Positions 44,689-54,389 of a DNA stretch of 64,000 nucleotides are shown here, piece after piece. The stretch is from the NCBI GenBank assembly GCA_020184695.1, contig JAANOX010000231.1, positions 62,001 through 126,000 of the forward strand. The letters are read 5' to 3'. Positions within the stretch are counted from its first letter, which is position 1. Every line of letters starts with the position of its first letter. This DNA is from Histomonas meleagridis 2922-C6/04-290x (Eukaryota; Protista; Parabasalia). The notes below the pieces were generated by a model, which saw nothing but the letters and a program-made list of their open reading frames with translations, ran no database searches and was not told the DNA's origin. A program made the translations under genes and the position numbers.

Positions 44689-47600
44689 CTATTTATTCAT
44701 TTGTTTTCCCTGATCAAGGACTCTTACTTCTGATTCTGGTATTCCCTGAACTTGCGCAATTTTCGCAACCAGCTGTGCGTTTGACATTCCCGGCTCAAGT
44801 TCGACGTCGATAATTCTTCCAGTTGTCGTTTTAACCTGAATAACTTTTCCTCTTGTTTGTTGCTGGTTATCACTACCGAATAAAATTGGCGAAATTTCAG
44901 TGAACATTTCGAGAACGGAATCAGCTGAAGACTCAGAAAGACACTTCTTCACTTCGTTTGTTACCATTTGTTTCACTTCGGTTCTTACGTTCTTCCATTT
45001 GGATATACTACAAAGATGTTCTATAGTAAAGTTGGACTTCAATGAGTTATAAATTTCATTACCGAATTCGATTTTAGTTTCATTTCCTAACAAAACTAAG
45101 AAATGTTTTAATGCTTCTGACTTATTATCTAATGCCTTAGCGAAATTCATAAAATGTTCATTACCTATAACATTAATTGTATCTTTGAAATATACAAAGT
45201 TATCAGTTAACACAAGTAATGGTTGAATTGTTTCATTAATCTTCTTACATAATGAAGAAAGCCTTTGTAAGTCATTTGATTTGTTTTCTTTAAACTTATG
45301 TACAACTTCTTCATTTAATGTGTCGCCAATGATTTTATATGGTTTTGTTGAACGACGACTCCATTCTAATGATACATTAGTAATTGGATTATTATTACCA
45401 AGAATTGTCATTAATTGTTCTTTAGCAATTGCATTAAATTCATTTTGAAGAGATTTAAATGAATAAACAAATGAATCAATCAAAGATGAATTATCTGAAC
45501 TTGCACATAATGTAACACAAAACTTAAACAGTTGTTCACTAAGTTCAAGTAATGAATTACCATTTAATTTGTTAATTATGAATGGAATAATTGTTTCTTG
45601 AAGTGTTGAAGCTTCGATATTAATTGATGGTAATATTTCGATTGCATATTCCACCATGAAACTATCACTTGAATTTAATGCTTGACAAATGAATTTAGTG
45701 ATGAAATATTCATATAATGATTTCCATTCATTTGAGCCATTTTTAATATTAGAAAATCCGTCAATGTTAATATCAACTTTCATATCTGATATAATTTGAT
45801 TCATTCCAATTGCTCTATGTGCGATTTGTCTATTTATTAATATTCCCGAAATTACAGTTAACTCATTTGGATATTTAGAGTAACAAATCTCTAATGCATC
45901 ACATAATTGTTTTGATGAATTTGTTGGTGTTGAACCAATGTTATATAAATTAATATGATATTGTGCAACTGATGAGAAAATTGATTGAGAAACAATTAAA
46001 GAATTCGAATTATTTGCTGCAAATGTAATGAAATCAATACAATATTGTGGCGCTTCAATTAATCCAATGATCTTATTATCAAGACATAATTTAACTAATG
46101 AAGATAAACCATTTTCATTGATTTTACAATTCGATGATTGTGCAATATCAAGTAAATTCTTTATAAACAAAATTCTGTCTTTAACAGAATATATAACTTG
46201 TGGTACAATTGTATAAATCAAATTAGAGAAAAGAGGACTTGATAATATCTTTGATATTAACTCAACGTCATTATTAAGTAATGCTCTTCGAATGAAAATA
46301 TCAAATGTAGAAGCAGAAAAATATATATCATATTCTGTTAATGGACAAAGTAATGAAAATTGTTCAGAAATCTTCGGCCAAATAGAATTACGACGTTTAT
46401 GACATAATTCTTGGAATATTTTTGTTGATTTTATGTAAATTGATTGACGTGATTTTGTTTGTATAATAAATATTTCGAGTAATTTAATAATGAATTCATC
46501 ACTTAAAACAGGTGTTATTAATGTAACAAAATTAGTCAAATTTAAGTTTTTGAATATTTGATCAATTGGAATTGATTCTAATGCTTTAGCAATTTTAAGA
46601 TATGGACTATATATTAATTGTTCATTTTGTGGTTTTAATACAGTTTCAATATATTTTGGTTTTGATATTTTTTGTGGTTTTATTAATTCATTTTCTGAAT
46701 AAAAATCACGTAAATTATTTTCGGCATTATGTAAATCTAAAGTTTTCTGATTTTTATTTTGGATTAATTTTGCTTCATTTTCTATTTCAGTTTGTAAAAG
46801 TTTTCTTGATTTATCTCTAAGTTCAAATGCAATTGGTGTCTTAATATTTAAATTAAATGTAATTAATGGTGGATCAAACAAAACGGAATTATCATTTCCA
46901 CGATTAAAATCATATAATTGAAGATTCTTAATTAACTCGAATAAATTTGATGATGAAAATAATTTATAATCATTTGAAATTGATTTAAAGAATCCATAAT
47001 TTGTTTGAGAAAGTTCAATTTTAGGATTCAAATTTATTTCTTCAAATTTAACATCTAAATCATCAAACATTGGCTGTTTTAACTCAATATTAATAACATC
47101 ATTTAATGATTTCTTTAAAAATGTTTGGAATTGTATTAGAAAAGCAATCGATGGCTTTTCATCATTTGCTGGTTTTTGTACTGTTTGTATTTCCTTATAA
47201 AAGAATTCTAAACATTTTACATATGATAAACCACCAATTTTAACTTTGGGTATTTTCATTATTTCTTCATAATTTAATAATATTTTTGGATCGATAACTT
47301 CTATTTGTTGATATTGAGAAGTTTCTCCAATTTTAATATGTGAAACTTTTGTTTTTGATAATGCATTAACTAATGTTTTAACATATGCTTTATAATCAGT
47401 TCTATTAAGAGGATAAACTCTAATAAAATATGGAGGAACATTCTTTTGTATTCCTGCAATTGTAGCAATTGATTGTGCATAAGGTAAAACTAATTCCAAA
47501 ACATATGATGCAGTTTCATCTAAATGTGGTAATTCTTCACAATAACTTGTGCATATTAAAGTAAGAATTACTTTATGTATTGGTACAAATTTCATTCTTT

Positions 47601-49434
47601 GAAGAATTTTGTTATATAATAAAGTTGCATATTCTTTAGAACCATAAGCAAGTGAACCAACTTCCATCGATATCGGAGTACAAACAACTTCAGAGAGTAA
47701 TGTCATTTGGAATGATTCTTTTTCAGAATGATAAACTTTTAACAAAAGTTCACACATACGAATATGTGAATCAATTGCTTTTTTCATATATTCTTTATCA
47801 TTAGAAAATAGTGAATCAATTAATAATTCCATTGTAATTCTTAATAAGAATTCATATCCATCATCAAGTAAACTTGTTTTAGATTCCCAAAATTTACATG
47901 TTAATATTTTATATTCAGATAAATGTATTTTTTCTCCTTCAGAATTGGTAACAAAACAATGTTCATCAACTGTTACATCATTATCTTTTATAATTAATTG
48001 TGTTTTTCTTGGTGATGAAAGTTGAAGAATAGGTGCTGATAATGCTGTAACGCCTGCAACTTTAACCCAATCAGCAAAATCATCACTTAATGGATCTCTA
48101 ACTGAAGCAGCAATTAATTTATCCCTTAAATCTTGATCAATGAAATTTAATACACTTCGATAACCATCACGTGTTCCTTCAAATGCTGATAAAGAACTAA
48201 CAGAAAATGTTCGATATGTTGCCCATAAATTTGGTATTAAACGAAGAAGAAGATCACTATATTTACGTACATCAACTTGAACAATACTTTCACGTGCATC
48301 GAAAACAGCATTAATTGTATTAGTTATGATTGAAATTGCTTCATCAAATGAAAGTAATGAAAATGTTTGTTTTGGATTAGGTTTTAATGTATCAATAACT
48401 TTTTGGAATAAAGTTGCTTGTTCTAAATCAATGAAATAATGTATTACGTTTTCATTTAATTTCTTAAGTAAATATGGCCAAAATGGTTCATAACGACCTC
48501 CAAGTTGACGCATTTTATGTACTTCAAATGCTAAATTATTATCAGTCATCATTTGGATGGAAAGATCTTTGAGTGCATGTTGTTTAGAATCGCCATTTAA
48601 CTCAAGTTCACATGCAGGTAAGAAATAATTATTAACCAATTCTTCTTTCTTTAGATATTTATTTAATGTATAAAAAACGCCTTTTGGATTCGAAGTTATT
48701 ATTGATAAAACATTATCAGGATGTTGTTCATGAAATGGTACTTTAATTAGCATTTGGCGAATTTCATTGATTTTCTTTTGATTTAAATCTTTAATAATGT
48801 TTAACTTAGTTGGATGAGAATCTCTTTTCAAACTTTTTTCAAGAACTGATAAAAAAACAGGTAAAACATCATCGCGTTTTTTGAAAGTAGAAAATGGAAA
48901 TGAATTAATATTATATTCAGTTGCAAATGGTGGAATTTTAACAACTGGAAGTTTCACAGTAGTTTTATCGAAATCAAGTAATGATTCAAATATTGGCTTC
49001 AAAACAGAAACAGGTAACAATGGAACAACATTCGAAAATTGACTTAAAACCCAGGAATGTTCTTGAACATTATTGAAACATTCATGAATTGCCGAAATTT
49101 CTTCCTCTGATGGATGCTTTCTAAGTTTTACTAATATATCTGATTGTATTTGAGTAATATCAAGAACAGTAATTAATACAGATTTTGGTATTTTTGATAA
49201 TTGTTCGCATGTAAAAGAGAATAATTCACTAGGAATAGAACCATTTAATTCCAAAATAGCTTGAATAAGTTCTTCCCATTTTCCCGCTTGAATAAGAGAA
49301 TCAACGAGATAATGGCGTGGTGAATTTGGTTGAGTTGTTTTTTGTTGGCTTGTTGTGCTACTAGCTGTAGAATTTTTATTTTTATCTTCATCACGAACAA
49401 CATAAAAATCACGTCTGGAGGCGGAGAGACACAT
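44689..49434 (-). CDS. 1581-aa helical-repeat protein with a C-terminal truncated ubiquitin-like domain
   Basis: Uninterrupted ORF ending IQVKTTTGRIIDVELEPGMSNAQLVAKIAQVQGIPESEVRVLDQGKQMNK*. Confidence 0.8.
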   Translation of the reverse strand: MCLSASRRDFYVVRDEDKNKNSTASSTTSQQKTTQPNSPRHYLVDSLIQAGKWEELIQAILELNGSIPSELFSFTCEQLSKIPKSVLITVLDITQIQSDILVKLRKHPSEEEISAIHECFNNVQEHSWVLSQFSNVVPLLPVSVLKPIFESLLDFDKTTVKLPVVKIPPFATEYNINSFPFSTFKKRDDVLPVFLSVLEKSLKRDSHPTKLNIIKDLNQKKINEIRQMLIKVPFHEQHPDNVLSIITSNPKGVFYTLNKYLKKEELVNNYFLPACELELNGDSKQHALKDLSIQMMTDNNLAFEVHKMRQLGGRYEPFWPYLLKKLNENVIHYFIDLEQATLFQKVIDTLKPNPKQTFSLLSFDEAISIITNTINAVFDARESIVQVDVRKYSDLLLRLIPNLWATYRTFSVSSLSAFEGTRDGYRSVLNFIDQDLRDKLIAASVRDPLSDDFADWVKVAGVTALSAPILQLSSPRKTQLIIKDNDVTVDEHCFVTNSEGEKIHLSEYKILTCKFWESKTSLLDDGYEFLLRITMELLIDSLFSNDKEYMKKAIDSHIRMCELLLKVYHSEKESFQMTLLSEVVCTPISMEVGSLAYGSKEYATLLYNKILQRMKFVPIHKVILTLICTSYCEELPHLDETASYVLELVLPYAQSIATIAGIQKNVPPYFIRVYPLNRTDYKAYVKTLVNALSKTKVSHIKIGETSQYQQIEVIDPKILLNYEEIMKIPKVKIGGLSYVKCLEFFYKEIQTVQKPANDEKPSIAFLIQFQTFLKKSLNDVINIELKQPMFDDLDVKFEEINLNPKIELSQTNYGFFKSISNDYKLFSSSNLFELIKNLQLYDFNRGNDNSVLFDPPLITFNLNIKTPIAFELRDKSRKLLQTEIENEAKLIQNKNQKTLDLHNAENNLRDFYSENELIKPQKISKPKYIETVLKPQNEQLIYSPYLKIAKALESIPIDQIFKNLNLTNFVTLITPVLSDEFIIKLLEIFIIQTKSRQSIYIKSTKIFQELCHKRRNSIWPKISEQFSLLCPLTEYDIYFSASTFDIFIRRALLNNDVELISKILSSPLFSNLIYTIVPQVIYSVKDRILFIKNLLDIAQSSNCKINENGLSSLVKLCLDNKIIGLIEAPQYCIDFITFAANNSNSLIVSQSIFSSVAQYHINLYNIGSTPTNSSKQLCDALEICYSKYPNELTVISGILINRQIAHRAIGMNQIISDMKVDINIDGFSNIKNGSNEWKSLYEYFITKFICQALNSSDSFMVEYAIEILPSINIEASTLQETIIPFIINKLNGNSLLELSEQLFKFCVTLCASSDNSSLIDSFVYSFKSLQNEFNAIAKEQLMTILGNNNPITNVSLEWSRRSTKPYKIIGDTLNEEVVHKFKENKSNDLQRLSSLCKKINETIQPLLVLTDNFVYFKDTINVIGNEHFMNFAKALDNKSEALKHFLVLLGNETKIEFGNEIYNSLKSNFTIEHLCSISKWKNVRTEVKQMVTNEVKKCLSESSADSVLEMFTEISPILFGSDNQQQTRGKVIQVKTTTGRIIDVELEPGMSNAQLVAKIAQVQGIPESEVRVLDQGKQMNK

Positions 49435-49735
49435 TGTTTAAAATTTAAATTTTAACGGTTAATGATGTCACCTCAACTAATGAAAACAATACAAAACCGT
49501 TCGAAGTTTATTAACCCTTTCAATATTTGTGATGAACGTTCATCCGAAAAAATTGATAAACGAATATTACAAACTTGTCAAAAAATCTTTTTGACATGTT
49601 GCATGAAAACATTTAGAAAATTCTATTCAGAAGAAATGCTTTATTATATAAAATCAAAACATAATTAAAAATTTTTAAATTTTAAAAATCAATTTCCAAA
49701 TCGAATCATTTATATTATTCAAAACAAAACATTTA

Positions 49736-52700
49736 TTAAACATTAACATCTACATTATCCTTATTCATCATAATTGGGAAGTACCACATATTTTCCTCTT
49801 CTCCTTCTATTTCTTCCACTGATTCGAGCATTACTTCATTTTCCTCTTCCTGGAAGAAACGCATAAACTTCGCGTCCGTCAGCACCTCGTTTTTCCTCAA
49901 GTTCATCAAGTAATACTTCAAATTCGCCAATACTTGTGTGTACACTTCGTAAAGTGGCGAAGGTATTAAATTTGGTCTATTTGCATTGTCGCTACATAAG
50001 TCGTCATAAGCTATTTCAGGTGGCGGTGTATAAATTATATCCACGTCAATTTGATCAATTAAAAATCCGGATTTAGAAGAAATCACATTTTCATTTTCGA
50101 TTTCGACTTTATAATCTTCAAAGAATTGGAACGCGTAATTTAAATAATCATCATTTGAACCATTTGATAAATCGACGAACATAATCAAACAACTATTTGA
50201 AGTATCATCGATTACAATTGAACCATTTTTACCATTATAATATGAACTTGATATGATAATACCATTTTTGAACTCTTTCACGTCGATGTTCACATGGAAA
50301 TTATCATTTAGTTCATAACAAACATATACTAAAGCAAATCGCTCATAATGATGTATAGTCTTTTCTTTCAAGAAGCTTCCATCCAATAAGAAATTCGGGA
50401 TACTTGAAGCTAACATTTCCAAGAATATTTGTTCATGAATTTGGACTGAATCTTCATACTTTAATTGTTCTTGAATTGATTTGAATTGTATTAATATGAA
50501 TAATATGTTTTGATATTCGATTTTATTGACGTCGATTTCAAAGTTTATTATTTCTAAGTCACTTGTTTGTCCATATATTAATTGTGTAAAACGTGGCTCT
50601 GCTTTATCTTTTAAGACTAAATCTAAATATTCATAAAATCGAATGTTCTTTTTTATGTTTGGTATTAATATATTTAATTGTTGTCCAATTAATTGTTCTT
50701 CACGATAATTAAATAAAATTCCAATGTTTTTAGTGAAGTTAATAATAGATAATTTTGTACTTACTATTAAAAATGTACAATTTAATTCATTACACATTTT
50801 AATTAATGGTGATTCGATATATTGTGTCTTCTCTTCTACTATATATGATAATAATGATTGATCACTTGCTATGAACACAGGATCTGTCAAAGAGTATATT
50901 GAATTTAATGTATAAATATTAATTTTATAATTCATTCCAATCTTTGTTAAATAGATTATAATTATTATAACAAAAAATATTATAATTAAAATCTCAATTA
51001 CAAATAAATCATAAATACTTGGAACTATAATATTCATCATATCTAAATATAAGTTTAAAATGTTGTCAATTTCATATATAAAATGTGTGCAATAAAAATG
51101 GAATAAATATTTACAATATAATGAATATTGATCAATTGTATATTGTTCATAATAACTCGTATAATAAAATGTTATAGTTGAAAATTGATGAACTATTTGT
51201 AAACGACTAAATAAATCATGAATCGTCGAAACAGTTTCATTATATTCTACAGTTTTTAAAAGATTTGGTACTTTCACTCCATCAGGTATAAAAGTTATTA
51301 AATTAATAATAGTTTCGCATAATATCTTAAATTGATTAATGAATTTTTGTGAATCGCCAAAAGTTTTATCATTCCTAAAGAATTCAGTCATTAATTTAGT
51401 ACATTGACATATTATTGATTCGATTTTTACAATTAAATTATTCGAATATACAACATGATTATAAAAGTTACATATACTATTATGCATAATTATTGCTTGA
51501 ATAAGAAATATTATACCAATTAACATAATAAATATAGAATCCGCTAAATGAATAAATCTCAATTTAAACTTAGTAATTGTTTCAGAAAATTCAATGTTTT
51601 TAGTTAAGTTCGGATGTGTTTTAGGTCGAAAATATTTATTAATTTTCGAATATATAATATGTTTAATAACAAAATGTAATAAATAATCAAATATACAATA
51701 AAGTACAAAAAAGACAATTAATAAATAATGTATAGGTTTCGATCTATCGAAATAATTTATTAAAGTCGTTTCTTCTTCTTGTAAAATTATGAAATTATTT
51801 AAATTCTCTAATATCGAATCACTTGTATTAATAAATGAACTTAATTCATTTTGATATATTCTTGAAATTGTTGAATTACAATAACCTTCTTCGAAATCAG
51901 AATAATATTTACCAATACGTATTAAATGATATGTAATAATTGAAATAGTTTTCGAATAAATTGTGTTATTAAATATTTCGAAAAGAGGTATAATATCTAA
52001 AGTTAAAAAGTCATGAAAATTCAAGTTTAAATTAGAATCAATTTCTTGATAATTTATATCTTGAATTATCGAATAAAATTGCTTAGTAATATCATCCAAA
52101 GTATTAATGAAAGTGGAAAAATTCGGATGTATTTGTATTTTCGGTTCATATGTAATATTTAAAAAATCAGATAATGAAAAATTATGTGTGAAAACAGGAT
52201 CAGTACAATTTGTCGATATCGTTAAAAACAAATAAAATTTACTAAAATATGAAACAATTAACATTGATTGATTAAAAGTTTTCGGATAAAATTGAAAATC
52301 AGAATATTTCGAATATATTGAAAAAAATGAATAATTACAAACAAACATAAAAACTATAAATATCAAAAATATTAATATAATTAAAAACCATATAACAGGA
52401 CTTAAATGATTTTTGTTATTTAATAAATCTTTAATTCGAATATTTAATGATCGTGAAGTACTTGACGCATCTGAAGAAGGTGATAAAGATGAATTATCTG
52501 AACCTGATTGTAATCTTGAAATTTGATTTGATTGTAATAAGCTCATTTTTGGTTTCTCTAATAATAAAGAAGGAGGTAATTTATTAAAGAATTCATTCTC
52601 TAATTGTATGAACTCTTCAGAGTTTGGTGAAGTTTTAGATAATTCATGATATTTAAATAGTAATGTTTGAAGTATTTTATTAAGACTTTTATGGAAATAA

Positions 52701-54004
52701 ATCGCAGATGATAAATATCCATTAATTGTTGACGTCCAAAATTCGTCAGTTAAATTCTTAAATTTGATGATTAAATTCGAAAGTTTTTTAATTTCGTTTT
52801 CATCAAATATATCATTTTCATTATCAGCTTTACGATAATGAATATATAACTCGAAATATATATATTCATTTAATATTGTCGAATTAACTTTCTTTTTAAC
52901 ATGTTTTAATAAATCAGAATTACTTCCACTTAATATTAAATATGATAAACATAAATAATATAAATCAGGATCATAATCCGAAAAATCAATTTGATTAATT
53001 TTCTCTTCGATTTCTTTTGGATATATTCCATTCGATATTGAAAAATGTATAATTTTCGATAGTTGATTCGGACTACGTGAAAATACAGAAAAGAATATAA
53101 TGAACGCAATAACAAACAAGAAAAATGATGAAAGATAAAAATATACTAATTGATAATTACTAATACGTAATTGTAATGTAGCTAAAATAGGATTAATTAT
53201 GATGGATAAATAAACACTACAATCTAAACATGAGAAAAATGTATTCGTGTGTGGGTTTGTGACAGTAATATATATAAGAATTATTCCAACAAAAAGAGAT
53301 ATAATACAAAAAAAGAACTCAGTGATCTTTACTTGTGAATTCATGCCTAAACATAATGATGTCATTAATAAATAAAAAAAATGCATTTTAATCGGTTTGG
53401 ATGATGGTATTAAAGGTGATGGTAAATAATTGTTTTGATGAAATGGCGAATTAAATACTAATGGTAACACTAAAAAGATGTATATAATGTTTGTGGTAAT
53501 GTCAAGAAATAAAATGATTAAATGAAAAATTAAATATCCTCTGTCTTCCTCAGAACTATTATAACGGACAATAAAAAAGCCAATGGAAATGACTGTTGGG
53601 TATATAAATAGAAATGGATTAATAAATAAAACACCTCGTATCTTAAAAAATATTTCTGGTATCTTTAAACCTCGAATAAAAAAGAGATAAAGAGCTGACA
53701 ATGAAATTATTGAGACTATCGTAATAAATAATTCAATTAAAAAGACGGGTTCTGGTCGATTCATCGAAAATTCATTGGCTTTCATATCGCAACCAAGTAT
53801 TAAATGATAAAGTTCGCTTAAAAAATTTTCAGAGTCTTCAAAAACAAATGGTGAGTACGATAATAATAATAATTGTGCACGATTGAAAATTACTGTAATA
53901 ATAGATATCCAATGGAGTGGATTCTTTAATTTGTTTAAATATGAAATGAAGTAGAAATATTTTGGAAATCGTTTTACTTGATAAAAGTCATCCAATGGAT
54001 CCAT
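49736..54004 (-). CDS. Polytopic membrane PAS-domain protein of the trichomonad transmembrane adenylate-cyclase-like family, catalytic domain degenerate
   Basis: Multiple TM clusters, FWTS segment, DPVFIASDQSLLSYI linker and PAS (IINFTKNIGILFNYREEQLIGQQLNIL). No recognisable DIVGFT or GDCY cyclase motifs follow. Confidence 0.7.
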   Translation of the reverse strand: MDPLDDFYQVKRFPKYFYFISYLNKLKNPLHWISIITVIFNRAQLLLLSYSPFVFEDSENFLSELYHLILGCDMKANEFSMNRPEPVFLIELFITIVSIISLSALYLFFIRGLKIPEIFFKIRGVLFINPFLFIYPTVISIGFFIVRYNSSEEDRGYLIFHLIILFLDITTNIIYIFLVLPLVFNSPFHQNNYLPSPLIPSSKPIKMHFFYLLMTSLCLGMNSQVKITEFFFCIISLFVGIILIYITVTNPHTNTFFSCLDCSVYLSIIINPILATLQLRISNYQLVYFYLSSFFLFVIAFIIFFSVFSRSPNQLSKIIHFSISNGIYPKEIEEKINQIDFSDYDPDLYYLCLSYLILSGSNSDLLKHVKKKVNSTILNEYIYFELYIHYRKADNENDIFDENEIKKLSNLIIKFKNLTDEFWTSTINGYLSSAIYFHKSLNKILQTLLFKYHELSKTSPNSEEFIQLENEFFNKLPPSLLLEKPKMSLLQSNQISRLQSGSDNSSLSPSSDASSTSRSLNIRIKDLLNNKNHLSPVIWFLIILIFLIFIVFMFVCNYSFFSIYSKYSDFQFYPKTFNQSMLIVSYFSKFYLFLTISTNCTDPVFTHNFSLSDFLNITYEPKIQIHPNFSTFINTLDDITKQFYSIIQDINYQEIDSNLNLNFHDFLTLDIIPLFEIFNNTIYSKTISIITYHLIRIGKYYSDFEEGYCNSTISRIYQNELSSFINTSDSILENLNNFIILQEEETTLINYFDRSKPIHYLLIVFFVLYCIFDYLLHFVIKHIIYSKINKYFRPKTHPNLTKNIEFSETITKFKLRFIHLADSIFIMLIGIIFLIQAIIMHNSICNFYNHVVYSNNLIVKIESIICQCTKLMTEFFRNDKTFGDSQKFINQFKILCETIINLITFIPDGVKVPNLLKTVEYNETVSTIHDLFSRLQIVHQFSTITFYYTSYYEQYTIDQYSLYCKYLFHFYCTHFIYEIDNILNLYLDMMNIIVPSIYDLFVIEILIIIFFVIIIIIYLTKIGMNYKINIYTLNSIYSLTDPVFIASDQSLLSYIVEEKTQYIESPLIKMCNELNCTFLIVSTKLSIINFTKNIGILFNYREEQLIGQQLNILIPNIKKNIRFYEYLDLVLKDKAEPRFTQLIYGQTSDLEIINFEIDVNKIEYQNILFILIQFKSIQEQLKYEDSVQIHEQIFLEMLASSIPNFLLDGSFLKEKTIHHYERFALVYVCYELNDNFHVNIDVKEFKNGIIISSSYYNGKNGSIVIDDTSNSCLIMFVDLSNGSNDDYLNYAFQFFEDYKVEIENENVISSKSGFLIDQIDVDIIYTPPPEIAYDDLCSDNANRPNLIPSPLYEVYTQVLANLKYYLMNLRKNEVLTDAKFMRFFQEEENEVMLESVEEIEGEEENMWYFPIMMNKDNVDVNV

Positions 54005-54389
54005 TGCTTCCTTTGATTCTGGATTTTATAATATCACCGTTTACAAAAAGTGGCAAATAATTCCAGAACGGAAAAGTGAATCAACAGAAATTAATGTGAA
54101 GTTTATTTTTACAGAAAACTTGTTTTTTACATATTGTAAACAATTCAAATGAGAAAGTAAAATTATTTGCTGGTCAACCTTGTTTTTAAACCAAATGAGA
54201 GAAAAAAATACAGCAACTAAATAAAGCATTATATAACAAATTAGTTAAAATTATACACAACCAAACCAATTCCATTATCCGAAACGCAAACTTTTAATAT
54301 ATGAAAAACACAAAATCTAATTACACATTGAGTTTATTTCCGCAGATTTCCCTAATAACGAAATTTTTCTTCAGTTAAAATTTAATTAT

